Shown here: positions 1-9,615 of the stretch, piece after piece
Layout: each line of letters opens with the position of its first letter
How positions within the stretch are numbered: the first letter of the stretch is position 1
Origin: Gallaecimonas sp. GXIMD4217
GTDB taxonomy: Bacteria > Pseudomonadota > Gammaproteobacteria > Enterobacterales > Gallaecimonadaceae
Length of the DNA stretch: 32,000 nt
NCBI RefSeq assembly: GCF_038087665.1
Contig: NZ_CP149925.1
Location: 1,395,236 to 1,427,235 of the forward strand
Reading direction: 5' to 3'
Notes under the pieces: generated by a model
Seen by the model: the letters and a program-made list of their open reading frames with translations, nothing else
Database searches by the model: none
Told to the model about the DNA's origin: nothing
Position numbers and translations under genes: made by a program

Positions 1-92
1 TCAGTGCCGGCGACACCGTGGTGGCAGCCGGGGTCAGCTTCCTTGAACAGGGCCAGCGGGTCAGGCCCCTGGCCAAGGAGCGGGGACTGTAA
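1..92 (+). CDS. Efflux RND periplasmic adaptor (membrane fusion protein), C-terminal fragment; gene starts left of the window
   Basis: Frame 3 is open from the window edge (SAGDTVVAAGVSFLEQGQRVRPLAKERGL*). Its TAA at 90-92 overlaps the ATG of the RND pump by 1 nt (TAATG). The adaptor-then-pump order is the usual operon layout. The fragment is too short for a motif call. Confidence 0.5.
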   Translation, partial: SAGDTVVAAGVSFLEQGQRVRPLAKERGL

Positions 93-3000
93 TGAGCATC
101 GCCGAATACGCCATCCGCCATAAGGTCATCAGCTGGGTCTTCGCCCTGGTGCTGCTGGTGGGCGGCTCGGTGTCCTTCTTTGGCCTGGGCCAGCTGGAGG
201 ATCCCGAGTTCACCATCAAGTCGGCCATGGTGCTGACCCGCTACCCCGGCGCCTCGCCCACCCAGGTGGAGGAGGAGCTGACCCTGCCGGTGGAGCAGGA
301 GATCCAGTCTCTGCCGTACGTGGACTACGTGACCTCCATCTCCAGCCAGGGCTTCTCCCAGGTCATAGTGGAGATGAAGCCCAGCTACCGCAAGAAAGCG
401 CTGCAGCAGATCTACGACGAGCTGCGGCGCAAGATGGGCGATCTCCAGGGCAGGCTGCCGCCCGGGGTGGCCGAGATCCAGGTCATAGACGACTATGCCG
501 ACGTCTACGGGGTGCTGATGGCCATCAGCGGCGAGGGCTACAGCTACCAGGACCTCAAGGACTACGCCGATTTCCTGCGCCGGGAGCTGGTGCTGGTGCC
601 GGGGGTCGGCAAGGTGCAGCTGGGCGGCGTCCAGCAGGAGCAGGTGTTCGTGGAGATCGCCCGGGCCAAGCTGGCCGCCCTCGGCATCAGTCCCCAGCGC
701 ATCTTCCAGCTGCTCAGCACCCAGAACTCGGTCAACGCCAGCGGCCAGCTGAGGGTGGGTGACGAGTACATCCGCATCTATCCCACCGGCGAGTTCGAGT
801 CAGTGAGCGAGATGGCCGACCTGCTCATCTCCGAGCCGGGCTCGCGGGATCTGGTCTACCTGGGCGACGTGGCCAGCATCCAGCGCGGCTACGCCGAGGT
901 GCCCAGCCAGCTCTATCGCTACAACGGCCGCCAGGCCCTGACCCTGGGCATCTCCTTCACCTCCGGCGTCAACGTGGTGGACGTGGGCGCCCGGGTCGAG
1001 ACCCGCCTGGCGGAGCTGGAATTCCAGCGTCCCATCGGCATCAGCCTGGACACCATCTACAACCAGCCCAATGAGGTGGACAGATCCGTCACCGATTTCC
1101 TGATCAACCTGGGTGAGGCGGTGACCATCGTCATCCTGGTGCTGCTGCTGTTTATGGGCCTGCGGTCGGGCATCTTGATGGGGCTGATCCTGCTGCTGAC
1201 CATACTGGGCACCTTTATCGTCATGAAACTGCTGGCCTTCGACCTGCAGCGGATCTCCCTGGGCGCGCTGATCATCGCCCTGGGGATGCTGGTGGACAAC
1301 GCCATAGTGGTGACCGAAGGGGTGCTGATCGGCCTCAAGCGCAGGCTGACCAAGGTGGAAGCGGCCAAGCAGATCGTCGAGCAGACCAAATGGCCGCTGC
1401 TGGGGGCCACCGTCATCGCCGTGGCCGCCTTCGCCCCCATCGGCCTTTCCTCCGATGCCACGGGTGAATACGCCGGCTCCCTGTTCTGGGTGCTGATGAT
1501 CTCGCTGCTGCTGTCCTGGCTCACCGCCATTACCCTGACCCCCTTCTTCTGCAACCTCTTCTTCAAGGAGGAGATCGCCAAGGGTGTCACCGAGGAAGAC
1601 GGCGATCCCTACAAGGGCGCCTTCTACCAGGGCTACAAGGGCCTGCTGGAGCTGTGCATCCGCCACCGGGTGCTGACCATGGCGCTGATGGCGACGGCCC
1701 TGGTGGCGGCCGGCGCGGGCTTCGGCAAGGTCAAGCAGTCCTTCTTCCCGCCGTCCAATACCCCCATGTTCCTGGTGGACTACTGGTTGCCCCAGGGCAG
1801 CGACATCCGCGCCACCGCCGAGCACCTGGCGGCCCTGGAAGACAGCCTGCTGGCCGTGGACCATGTGCAGGCGGTGACCACCACCATAGGCCAGGGCGCC
1901 CAGCGCTTCATGCTCACCTATGCCCCGGAGAAGCGCTACGGCTCCTATGGCCAGCTCATCGTCCAGGTGGATGCCAAGGAGAACCTGGATCCGGTGCTGG
2001 CCGAGACCCGCCGCATTCTCTTCGAGGAACATGGCGGCGCCTTTGCCAAGGTCAAGCGGCTGATGATTGGTCCCAGCCCCAATGCCGCCATCGAGGCCCG
2101 CTTCTCGGGATCCGACCCCAGGGTGCTGCGGGAGCTGGCGGCCAAGGCCCAGGCCATTTTCGAGGCCGATCCCGGCCTGGAGTCCATCCGCCACGACTGG
2201 CGCCAGCAGGTCAAGGTGATCCGGCCCCAGTTCTACGAAGCCCAGGCCCGCCGGGCCGGGATCAGCCGCCAGGATCTGGACGAGGTGCTGGCCATGAACT
2301 TCCCCGGCAAGGTGGTGGGCCTGTATCGGGATGGCTCCCAGCTGCTGCCCATCGTCACCCGGCCGCCGGCCCAGGAGCGCCTGGAGGCGGACAACCTGCA
2401 GGATGTGCAGATCTGGAGCCCCATCTTCAATACCTACCTGCCCATCACCCAGGTGGTGTCGTCCTTCGACACCGAATGGGAAGACGCCCTGATCATGCGC
2501 CGCGACCGCAAGCGCACCATCACGGTCCAGGCCGAGCCCGACGTGCTGGGCGACGAAACGGCCGCCCAGGTGCTGGCCAGGGTGCGGCCCCAGATCGAGG
2601 CCATGGCACTGCCCACCGGCTACAGCCTGGATTGGGGCGGCGAGCTCGAGAAATCCTCGGACGCCCAGGCCAGCCTGTTCTCCAGCCTGCCCATGGGCTA
2701 TTTGTTCATGTTCATCATCACCATCTTCCTGTTCGACTCCATCCGCCAGCCGCTGGTGATCTGGCTGACCATCCCGCTGGCGCTGATCGGGGTCACCACC
2801 GGCCTGCTGGTGATGAACGCCCCCTTCAGCTTCATGGCGCTGCTGGGCTTTTTGTCCCTGAGCGGCATGCTGATCAAGAACGGCATCGTGCTGGTGGAGC
2901 AGATCAAGCTGGAGGCCGAGGAGGGCAGGGCGCCCCTGGACGCCGTGGTGCATGCTTCGGTGAGCCGCCTGCGCCCGGTGCTGATGGCGGCCATCACCAC

Positions 3001-3154
3001 CATACTGGGCATGATCCCGCTGTTGTTCGACGCCTTCTTCGAATCCATGGCGGTGGTGATCATGTTCGGCCTGGGTTTTGCCACCGTGCTGACCCTGATC
3101 GTGGTGCCGGTGCTCTACACCCTGTTCTACCGTATCAGACCCAGGGTGAGCTGA
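92..3154 (+). CDS. Efflux RND transporter permease subunit (AcrB/AcrD/AcrF family), 1020 aa
   Basis: Length and architecture fit an RND pump: an N-terminal TM helix, two large periplasmic loops and two clusters of TM helices. The start (MSIAEYAIRHKVISWVFALVLLVGG) and C-terminal TM bundle are typical. It is translationally coupled to the upstream adaptor fragment. Confidence 0.95.
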   Translation: MSIAEYAIRHKVISWVFALVLLVGGSVSFFGLGQLEDPEFTIKSAMVLTRYPGASPTQVEEELTLPVEQEIQSLPYVDYVTSISSQGFSQVIVEMKPSYRKKALQQIYDELRRKMGDLQGRLPPGVAEIQVIDDYADVYGVLMAISGEGYSYQDLKDYADFLRRELVLVPGVGKVQLGGVQQEQVFVEIARAKLAALGISPQRIFQLLSTQNSVNASGQLRVGDEYIRIYPTGEFESVSEMADLLISEPGSRDLVYLGDVASIQRGYAEVPSQLYRYNGRQALTLGISFTSGVNVVDVGARVETRLAELEFQRPIGISLDTIYNQPNEVDRSVTDFLINLGEAVTIVILVLLLFMGLRSGILMGLILLLTILGTFIVMKLLAFDLQRISLGALIIALGMLVDNAIVVTEGVLIGLKRRLTKVEAAKQIVEQTKWPLLGATVIAVAAFAPIGLSSDATGEYAGSLFWVLMISLLLSWLTAITLTPFFCNLFFKEEIAKGVTEEDGDPYKGAFYQGYKGLLELCIRHRVLTMALMATALVAAGAGFGKVKQSFFPPSNTPMFLVDYWLPQGSDIRATAEHLAALEDSLLAVDHVQAVTTTIGQGAQRFMLTYAPEKRYGSYGQLIVQVDAKENLDPVLAETRRILFEEHGGAFAKVKRLMIGPSPNAAIEARFSGSDPRVLRELAAKAQAIFEADPGLESIRHDWRQQVKVIRPQFYEAQARRAGISRQDLDEVLAMNFPGKVVGLYRDGSQLLPIVTRPPAQERLEADNLQDVQIWSPIFNTYLPITQVVSSFDTEWEDALIMRRDRKRTITVQAEPDVLGDETAAQVLARVRPQIEAMALPTGYSLDWGGELEKSSDAQASLFSSLPMGYLFMFIITIFLFDSIRQPLVIWLTIPLALIGVTTGLLVMNAPFSFMALLGFLSLSGMLIKNGIVLVEQIKLEAEEGRAPLDAVVHASVSRLRPVLMAAITTILGMIPLLFDAFFESMAVVIMFGLGFATVLTLIVVPVLYTLFYRIRPRVS

Positions 3155-3160
3155 TGCAAG

Positions 3161-3189
3161 AAGCCCGGCGCCAGCCGGGCTTTTCTTTT
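3161..3189 (+). terminator. Rho-independent terminator after the RND pump gene
   Basis: AAGCCCGGC (3161-3169), GCCA loop, GCCGGGCTT (3174-3182), then the T-rich run TTTTCTTTT. Confidence 0.75.
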
Positions 3190-3227
3190 GCTAACTCCTT
3201 GACTTATATGGGCTATGATAAGAGGCA

Positions 3228-6200
3228 GTGCCCCAGAAGAAGGCATCTGCCGTGAACAACAAGGACGTCGCCCGTCAACACCCATTCGCCGCCCCACTCT
3301 GCCTGGCCATGCTCTACTTCGGCCTGGCCAGCCTCTGTATCGCCCTGTCCCGTCAGCCCGGCAGCGTGGCCACCGTCTGGCTGCCCAATGCCGTGGCCGT
3401 GGCCATCTTCTTTCGCCTGCCTTTCAGCCAGTGGCCGGCCCTGGGCCTGGTGCTGATCGGCGCCAACCTGGCTGCCAACCTGGCCTTTGGCGACGGCGCC
3501 TTTTTCGCGACCCAGCTGGCGTTGGCCAACCTGGCCGAGGTGCTGGTGGGGGCCTGGCTGCTGAAGCGTTTCCTGGCGCCATCGCAGCTGCTGGAGGATC
3601 TCAAGGGCTGGGTGCAATGCCTGCTGCTGGGAGGCCTGGTGGCGCCGCTGGTGGGGGCCCTGGCCGGCAGCTCGGTACTGGCCTTCAATGGCCTGGCCTC
3701 GGTCCGGGATGCCCTGGGGCTCTGGTTCGTTGGCGACAGCCTGGGCATGATGGCCCTGCTGCCACTGGCGCTGCTGACCACAGAGCAGCGGCTCAAGGCG
3801 CTGTTCGAGGGTAAAGGTGCGGCCGAGACCCTGTTGACCTGGCTGCTGGTGATGCTGGTGGTCTACCTGGCCTTCACCCAGATGCCCTTTCCCTTCGTAT
3901 TCGTGGCCGCCCCCCTGGTGTGGGCGGCGCTGCGGCTGCCTTTTTACGGCGGGCTCTGGGTGATCTTCTCCGGCGCCGTGCTGATCAGCGCCCTGGTGGC
4001 GCTCGAGGCCATCGACCTGCGCCAGATCTACCCGGGCATGACGCCATCGCTGTTGCTCAGCCCGGTGCTGCTGTGCCTGTTGCCGGCCTATGTGACGGCG
4101 ATGACCACCGCCGCCTCGCGGCGGGAGAAGGAGCTGCTGGCCCAGAGCGAATCCCGCTTCCGCCAGGCCATGGACAACAGCGCCATCGGCATGGCCCTGG
4201 TGTCCCTGGAGGGGCAGTGGCTCAAGGTCAACAAGAGCCTGTGCGACTTCCTGGGTTACAGCGAGCGGGAATTCGCCAAGCTGACCTTCCAGGACATCAC
4301 CCACCCGGACGATCTCAACGCGGATCTGGAGCTGGTGGGGGAGGTGCTGGCCGGCAACATCGACAACTACCGCATGGAGAAGCGCTACCTGCGCAAGGAC
4401 GGCCAGGTGGTCTGGGCGCTGCTGGCGGTGTCCCTGGTCCGGGACAGCGAGGGCCAGCCCCGTTATTTCGTGTCCCAGGTGGAGGACATCCACAGGCGCA
4501 AGATGGCCGAGACCCGGCTGGAAACCTTCGAAAAACGCTGGAAGTTCGCCCTCTACGGCAGCGGCCTGGGGGCCTATGACTGGGATCTGGACAGTGGCAA
4601 GGCCTACTACTCGGACTGGACCCAGGAACTGCTGGGCCTGACCGATGCCGAGCTTGGCTGCCGCGAGGACTGGCTGGACCGTGTCCACGGCGATGATCGG
4701 GAGCGGCTGCAGGTGCAGCTGCACGCCCACCTGGCCGGGCGCACCGGCCAGCTGCACCTGGAATACCGCATTCGCGACGCCCGCGGCAGCTACCGCTGGG
4801 TGCTGGATCGCGGCCAGATCATGGAAAGGGAGCCGGACGGGCGGCCCAGCCGGCTGATCGGCACCCTGGTGGACATCACCGACATCAAACGGACCCAGCT
4901 CGACAACGAGCGCCTCACCCAGAGGGTGACCCTGGCCACCCGGGCCGGTGGCGTGGGGATCTGGGAATACGATCTGGTCACCCAGACCCTGGCCTGGGAC
5001 AAGCGCATGTACCAGCTCTACGGCCAGCTGCCCAGCGACCAGAAGTTGCCCTATGAGCTGTGGCGTGAGTCCCTGCACCCGGACGACATGGAGCGCGCCG
5101 AGGCCGAGGTGGAGCTGGCCCTGGCCGACGTCAAGGCCTTCGACACCGAGTTCCGGGTGGTCTGGCCCAATGGCGAGGTGCGCCATATCCGGGCCCTGGC
5201 GTCCTTCGAGTACGACGGCGACGGCAACAAGATACGCATGATCGGCACCAACTGGGACATCACCGACCAGAAGCACCTCACCGAGGCCTTGCACGAGGAG
5301 AAGGAGCGCCTGCACATCACCCTCTATTCCATCGGCGATGCGGTGATCTGTACCGACAAGGATCTCAAGATCACCTTCATGAACCCGGTGGCCGAAGACA
5401 TGACCGGCTGGCCCATGGCCCTGGCGCTGGGGCACCACGTGGACAGCGTCTTCCACATCACCAAGGGCCGGGACGGGCCGCCGATGCCAAGCCCGGTGGC
5501 CCAGTGCCTGGAGCGCAACCAGACCGTGTTCCTGGGCGAGGGGGCGGTGCTGCACAGCAGGGACGGCTCCCTGTTCGACGTCCAGGATTCGGCGGCCCCG
5601 GTCAAGACCCTGGCCGGGGAGGTGATGGGCGCCGTGCTGGTGTTCCAGGACGTCACCGAATCCCAGGAGATGCTGCGCCAGCTCAGCCACAGTGCCAGCC
5701 ATGATGCCCTCACCGGCCTGCCCAATCGCACGGCCTTCGAGCGTGAGCTGCGGGAAATGGCCAAGCTGTCGGCCGAGCACGGCCGCCGCCATGCCCTGAC
5801 CTTCATCGACCTGGACAGGTTCAAGGTGGTCAACGACAGCGCCGGCCATGCCGCCGGCGACGCCCTGCTCAAGGAGATCGGCAGCTGCCTGCAGTCACAG
5901 GTGCGTGCCAGCGACATGGCGGCCCGCCTCGGCGGTGACGAGTTTGGCCTGCTGCTCAGGGACTGTGAGCTGGACAAGGCCAGGGAGATCACCGAACAGC
6001 TGGTGCGCCGCATCGAGGCCATTCAGTTCCGCTGGGACGACCGGGTCTATGACGTGGGCGCCAGTGCCGGCCTGACTTCCATCCACCAGGACAACAGCCT
6101 GATGGCCGACATCATGAGCCAGGCGGACGTGGCCTGTTACGCCGCCAAGCATGCCGGTCGCGGCCGGGTGATGCTGTACGAGCCCCAGCAGAGCCTGGCC

Positions 6201-7001
6201 GTGGAGCAACACAAGGAGATCTTCATGGCCGCCGGGATCCGCGAAGCCCTGGACGAGGGACGCTTCGAGCTCCACGCCCAGCCGGTAGCGGCCACCGACA
6301 ACCTGGCCAGCACCCACCACCTGGAGATGCTGGTGCGCCTGCACGACAAGGACGGCCAGCTGGTCATGCCGGGTGCCTTTATTCCCGCCGCCGAGCGTTA
6401 CGGCATGATGGTGCACATCGACAAGTGGGTGGTCCGCGAGGTGTTGCAGCGCCAGGCCAAGGCCATTGCCGAAGCCGGCATCAAGGTGGCCATCAACATC
6501 TGCGCCGACGCCCTGGGCGACCACCAGTTCCAGTCCTTCCTGAGCCAAATGGTCAGCCAGTCGCCCATTCCCGCTCACCATATCTGCTTCGAAATTACCG
6601 AAACGGCCATGATCAACCACATGGGCCAGGCCAGCGAGTGCGTCTCCACCCTGCGCAGCATGGGCTGCAAGGTGGCCCTGGACGACTTCGGCAGCGGCCT
6701 GAGCTCCTTCAACTACCTCAAGCGGTTCAGGGTGGACTACCTGAAGGTAGACGGCAGCTTTATCGAGCAATTGTGCGAGAGCCCTGTGGATCAGGTCATC
6801 GTCGAGTCCATCCACCAGGTGGCCCACAAGCTGGGCGCCATGACCATCGCCGAGTACGTTCAGGATGACGCGACGGTACGGCTGCTGGCCCGCATGGGGG
6901 TCGAGCTGGTACAGGGTTTCGGTGTTGCCAGGCCGGAGCCGTTGGCGGAGCTTTTGGCGCGGCACCGGGATGCCAAGGTGGTGGCCCTGAAGCGGGTATG
7001 A
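3228..7001 (+). CDS. Membrane c-di-GMP signalling protein: MASE1 sensor, four PAS/PAC domains, GGDEF, EAL
   Basis: The first ~300 aa are polytopic membrane sequence of MASE1 type. Four PAS/PAC-like repeats follow. The GGDEF domain has an intact RLGGDEF and an RASD I-site five residues upstream. The EAL domain carries EMLVRL, FEITETA, DDFGSGLSS, KVDGSF and QGFG. The 5' end is uncertain: GTG at 3228 has an AAGAGG only 2 nt upstream, while GTG at 3252 has GAAGAAGG 8 nt upstream. Confidence 0.92.
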   Translation: MPQKKASAVNNKDVARQHPFAAPLCLAMLYFGLASLCIALSRQPGSVATVWLPNAVAVAIFFRLPFSQWPALGLVLIGANLAANLAFGDGAFFATQLALANLAEVLVGAWLLKRFLAPSQLLEDLKGWVQCLLLGGLVAPLVGALAGSSVLAFNGLASVRDALGLWFVGDSLGMMALLPLALLTTEQRLKALFEGKGAAETLLTWLLVMLVVYLAFTQMPFPFVFVAAPLVWAALRLPFYGGLWVIFSGAVLISALVALEAIDLRQIYPGMTPSLLLSPVLLCLLPAYVTAMTTAASRREKELLAQSESRFRQAMDNSAIGMALVSLEGQWLKVNKSLCDFLGYSEREFAKLTFQDITHPDDLNADLELVGEVLAGNIDNYRMEKRYLRKDGQVVWALLAVSLVRDSEGQPRYFVSQVEDIHRRKMAETRLETFEKRWKFALYGSGLGAYDWDLDSGKAYYSDWTQELLGLTDAELGCREDWLDRVHGDDRERLQVQLHAHLAGRTGQLHLEYRIRDARGSYRWVLDRGQIMEREPDGRPSRLIGTLVDITDIKRTQLDNERLTQRVTLATRAGGVGIWEYDLVTQTLAWDKRMYQLYGQLPSDQKLPYELWRESLHPDDMERAEAEVELALADVKAFDTEFRVVWPNGEVRHIRALASFEYDGDGNKIRMIGTNWDITDQKHLTEALHEEKERLHITLYSIGDAVICTDKDLKITFMNPVAEDMTGWPMALALGHHVDSVFHITKGRDGPPMPSPVAQCLERNQTVFLGEGAVLHSRDGSLFDVQDSAAPVKTLAGEVMGAVLVFQDVTESQEMLRQLSHSASHDALTGLPNRTAFERELREMAKLSAEHGRRHALTFIDLDRFKVVNDSAGHAAGDALLKEIGSCLQSQVRASDMAARLGGDEFGLLLRDCELDKAREITEQLVRRIEAIQFRWDDRVYDVGASAGLTSIHQDNSLMADIMSQADVACYAAKHAGRGRVMLYEPQQSLAVEQHKEIFMAAGIREALDEGRFELHAQPVAATDNLASTHHLEMLVRLHDKDGQLVMPGAFIPAAERYGMMVHIDKWVVREVLQRQAKAIAEAGIKVAINICADALGDHQFQSFLSQMVSQSPIPAHHICFEITETAMINHMGQASECVSTLRSMGCKVALDDFGSGLSSFNYLKRFRVDYLKVDGSFIEQLCESPVDQVIVESIHQVAHKLGAMTIAEYVQDDATVRLLARMGVELVQGFGVARPEPLAELLARHRDAKVVALKRV

Positions 7002-7003
7002 AG

Positions 7004-7024
7004 AAGGCGGCCATTGGCCGCCTT
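7004..7024. terminator. Hairpin between convergent genes; probable bidirectional terminator
   Basis: AAGGCGGCC, ATT loop, GGCCGCCTT, placed between the TGA at 6999-7001 (+) and the stop at 7042-7044 (-). The T tracts are only moderate on both sides. Confidence 0.55.
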
Positions 7025-7041
7025 GTTGCTTTATGCCGGGC

Positions 7042-7458
7042 TCAGCCCTGGAGCTGGCCGGCCATGGTGTTGAGCTTGACCAGGAAAAGTATGTAGAACA
7101 CCAGGCCCACCAGGCCCAGTGGCCCGAACAGGATGCTGGCGGTATTGAAGACGGCGGTGATCAGGCCATAGTTCTTGCCGCAGTCGCCCATGTCCTGGCT
7201 GGGGGGATGGTCCTGGAAATAGCGCTGGAAGGCGGCCGGGATCTTGAAGGCCAGCAAAATCCACTGGAAGATCAGCCCCACCAGGGGCACCGCCAGCAAC
7301 CAGGCGCTCCAGGCCGGCATTTCCTGGTACTGGGGCGGCAGCTTGCGGTAGGGGAAGTACACCAGCCCCGCCAGCAGCAGCGCCACCAGCAGGTAGAACA
7401 CCATGAAGCCGGCGATAACGCCCATGCCCATGGAGTCGATCATGTCCTGTCCGTTCAT
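7042..7458 (-). CDS. Small integral membrane protein, about 4 TM helices, unknown function
   Basis: The ORF-track entry starts at a TTG (7482). I prefer the ATG at 7458 (MNGQDMIDS...) because AAGGGA lies about 8 nt upstream. The protein has four hydrophobic segments and I recognise no family. Confidence 0.65.
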   Translation of the reverse strand: MNGQDMIDSMGMGVIAGFMVFYLLVALLLAGLVYFPYRKLPPQYQEMPAWSAWLLAVPLVGLIFQWILLAFKIPAAFQRYFQDHPPSQDMGDCGKNYGLITAVFNTASILFGPLGLVGLVFYILFLVKLNTMAGQLQG

Positions 7459-7499
7459 CTCAGCTTTCCCTTTGCCACCCAAAGCCTTTATATAGCATC

Positions 7500-7525
7500 A
7501 AAAAGGCGGCCGAGGCCGCCTTTTT
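7500..7525 (-). terminator. Rho-independent terminator after the prolyl oligopeptidase gene
   Basis: AAAAA-GGCGGCC-GA-GGCCGCC-TTTTT. It is symmetric, with a U-run on either strand, and lies 18 nt past the TAA at 7543-7545. Confidence 0.8.
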
Positions 7526-7542
7526 GCTTTGTTGCCAACCGC

Positions 7543-9615
7543 TTACTTGAGCTGGCTCCACAGGTAGCTGTACACCAGGGCGTAGACCTTGGCGCGCTGC
7601 TTGTTGTCGGCGGCGCCGGCGTGGCCGCCTTCGGTGTTCTCGAAGTAGAGCACGTCGTGGCCCTGGGACTGCATCTTGGCGACCATCTTGCGGGCATGGC
7701 CGGGGTGGACGCGGTCGTCACGGGTGGAGGTGGTGAAGAAGGCCTTGGGGTAGTCCACGCCCTGCTTCACGTTCTGGTAGGGGCTGTAGCTCTTGATCAC
7801 CTCCCACATGGCGGCATCGTCCGGGTTGCCGTACTCGGCCATCCAGGAGGCGCCGGCCAGCAGCTTGTGGTAGCGCTTCATGTCCAGCAGCGGCACCTGG
7901 CAGACCACGGCGTTGAACAGATCCGGGCGCAGCACCATGGTGGCGCCCACCAGCAGGCCGCCGTTGGAGCCGCCCTGGATCCCCAGGTGCTCGGGGCTGG
8001 TGACCTTGTTGGCGATCAGAGCCTCGGCCACGGCGATGAAGTCCTCGTAGGCCTTCATGCGGTGCTTCTGCAGGGCCGCCTGGTGCCAGGCCGGACCAAA
8101 CTCGCCGCCGCCGCGGATGTTGGCCAGCACGTAGACGCCGCCTTCACTGAGCCAGTTCATGCCGGTGTTGGCGGAATAGTAGGGGGTCAGGGACACCTCG
8201 AAACCGCCGTAGCCGTACAGCAGGGTCGGGTTCTTGCCGTTGAGCTTGGTGTCCTTGTGCTTGACCAGGAAGTAGGGCACCAGGGTGCCGTCCTTGGACT
8301 TGGCCTGGTGCTGCTCCACCGTCATGGTGGAGGCATCGAACCAGCTCGGCGACTGGCGCAGCTGCTGGGGCTTGACCTTGTTGGCGTCGGCCCGGTACAG
8401 GGTGGTGGGCTCCAGGAAGCCGGTGACCGTGTAGTAGAAGTCGTTGTCGGCCTCGTCGGTATTGAAGACGCCGATGGAGGCGTTGTCGGCCAGGGCCAGA
8501 TCCTGCTGCTGCCAGCCGTCCTTGCCCGGGGTCAGGCGCAGCACCCTGGACTTGACGTTGTCCAGCACCGTCACCAGCAGGTGGTCCTGGGTGGTGGCCA
8601 CGTCTTCGATGGACAGGCGCTCACCTGGGGACAGCAGCGGCTGGAAGTCGTCCTTGCCGGCCAGGGCCTTATCCAGGGCCAAAGACACCAGGGCGCCGCG
8701 CTTGAAGCCCTTCTCGGGCCAGTCGCTGCGCAGCTTGATGATCAGCTGCTTGTTGAAGTAGGCGGTGAACTGGGCGTCGTCGGGCTTGGGCACCTTGATC
8801 AGCTTGCCGTCATGGCGGATCCAGGCGCGGTTGGTGAAGAAGCTGGGGGCGTCGTAGACGATGTCCAGGTTGCCGTGCTTGGAAAAGGCCCGGTAGCCGC
8901 CGGCGGACACGGCGTCCTGGGATGTTTCGTAGATCAGCTCGGCCTTGTCCAGGGGCTGGCCACGGTGCCAGATCTTCACCTGGCGGGGGTAGCCGGAGTC
9001 GGTGGTGGTACCCTCACCGAAATCGGTGCTGACGAAAACGGTGTCCTTGTCGATAAAGGAGAAGCCGCCCTTGGCCTCGGGTAGGGTGAAGCCGCCTTCG
9101 ACGAAGTGCTTGGTCCTGCTGTTGAACTCGCGGCTGACGGTGGCGTCGGCACCGCCCCGGGACAGGTTGACCACGCAGTGCTCGTAGTCGGGATAGAGGC
9201 AGCTCATGCCCTTGAACACCCAGTTCTCACCCTCGGCCTTGGCCAGGGCGTCCACGTCCAGCACCGCTTCCCACTTGGGTTTGCCGCTGGCGTAGCTTGC
9301 CAGGGTGGTGCGCCGGTACAGGCCGCGCTGGTGTTCGGCGTCGCGCCAGAAGTTGTAGAGGTACTTGCCGCGGCGGCTGGGGTAGTCGATCTTCTTGTCG
9401 GAATCGAGCACCTGGAGGATGTTGTCGTAGGCCTTCTGGTATTCGGGGCTGGCGGTCAGGGCCTCGAGGGAGGTGCCGTTACGCTCCTTGACCCAGTTCA
9501 GGGCCTTCTCGCCCTGGACCTCTTCCAACCACAGGAAGGGATCGTCGCCGGCGACGGCGGCGCCGGACATCAGGGAGCCCAGCAGCAGGGCCAGGGTGGT
9601 TCTGGTATTGGACAT
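7543..9615 (-). CDS. Secreted prolyl oligopeptidase family serine peptidase (S9A)
   Basis: Catalytic serine motif GGSNGGLL, C-terminal DDRVHPGHARK (Asp/His region), and an N-terminal beta-propeller-sized region. The start was trimmed from 9720 to the ATG at 9615 (MSNTRTTLALLLGSLMSGAAVAG, a signal peptide), which follows AAGGAAGAG. Confidence 0.92.
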   Translation of the reverse strand: MSNTRTTLALLLGSLMSGAAVAGDDPFLWLEEVQGEKALNWVKERNGTSLEALTASPEYQKAYDNILQVLDSDKKIDYPSRRGKYLYNFWRDAEHQRGLYRRTTLASYASGKPKWEAVLDVDALAKAEGENWVFKGMSCLYPDYEHCVVNLSRGGADATVSREFNSRTKHFVEGGFTLPEAKGGFSFIDKDTVFVSTDFGEGTTTDSGYPRQVKIWHRGQPLDKAELIYETSQDAVSAGGYRAFSKHGNLDIVYDAPSFFTNRAWIRHDGKLIKVPKPDDAQFTAYFNKQLIIKLRSDWPEKGFKRGALVSLALDKALAGKDDFQPLLSPGERLSIEDVATTQDHLLVTVLDNVKSRVLRLTPGKDGWQQQDLALADNASIGVFNTDEADNDFYYTVTGFLEPTTLYRADANKVKPQQLRQSPSWFDASTMTVEQHQAKSKDGTLVPYFLVKHKDTKLNGKNPTLLYGYGGFEVSLTPYYSANTGMNWLSEGGVYVLANIRGGGEFGPAWHQAALQKHRMKAYEDFIAVAEALIANKVTSPEHLGIQGGSNGGLLVGATMVLRPDLFNAVVCQVPLLDMKRYHKLLAGASWMAEYGNPDDAAMWEVIKSYSPYQNVKQGVDYPKAFFTTSTRDDRVHPGHARKMVAKMQSQGHDVLYFENTEGGHAGAADNKQRAKVYALVYSYLWSQLK

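Noticed and set aside
800-2953. 717-aa minus-strand ORF inside the RND pump gene. Similar long shadow ORFs occur at 1654-3255(+), 3213-5849(-), 5895-6965(-), 7033-9084(+), 14152-15300(+), 13889-15217(-), 17848-18690(-), 26110-28035(+) and 30205-31545(+)
   Set aside because: All overlap well-supported genes on the other strand or in another frame. They are rich in Gly, Ala, Arg, Pro, His and Gln, and lack recognisable domains. These are high-GC artefacts.
3199-3204. TTGACT as the -35 of the promoter for the GGDEF-EAL gene
   Set aside because: The nearby -10-like hexamers (TATGAT at 3214-3219, GATAAG at 3217-3222) are only 9-12 nt away. I could not find a properly spaced pair, so no promoter is called.
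7543-9615. Prolyl oligopeptidase as a RiPP macrocyclase with a nearby precursor peptide
   Set aside because: The enzyme has a signal peptide and so is periplasmic or secreted. No short precursor-like ORF or other RiPP tailoring genes are adjacent; the neighbours are a membrane protein and an unrelated secreted protein.
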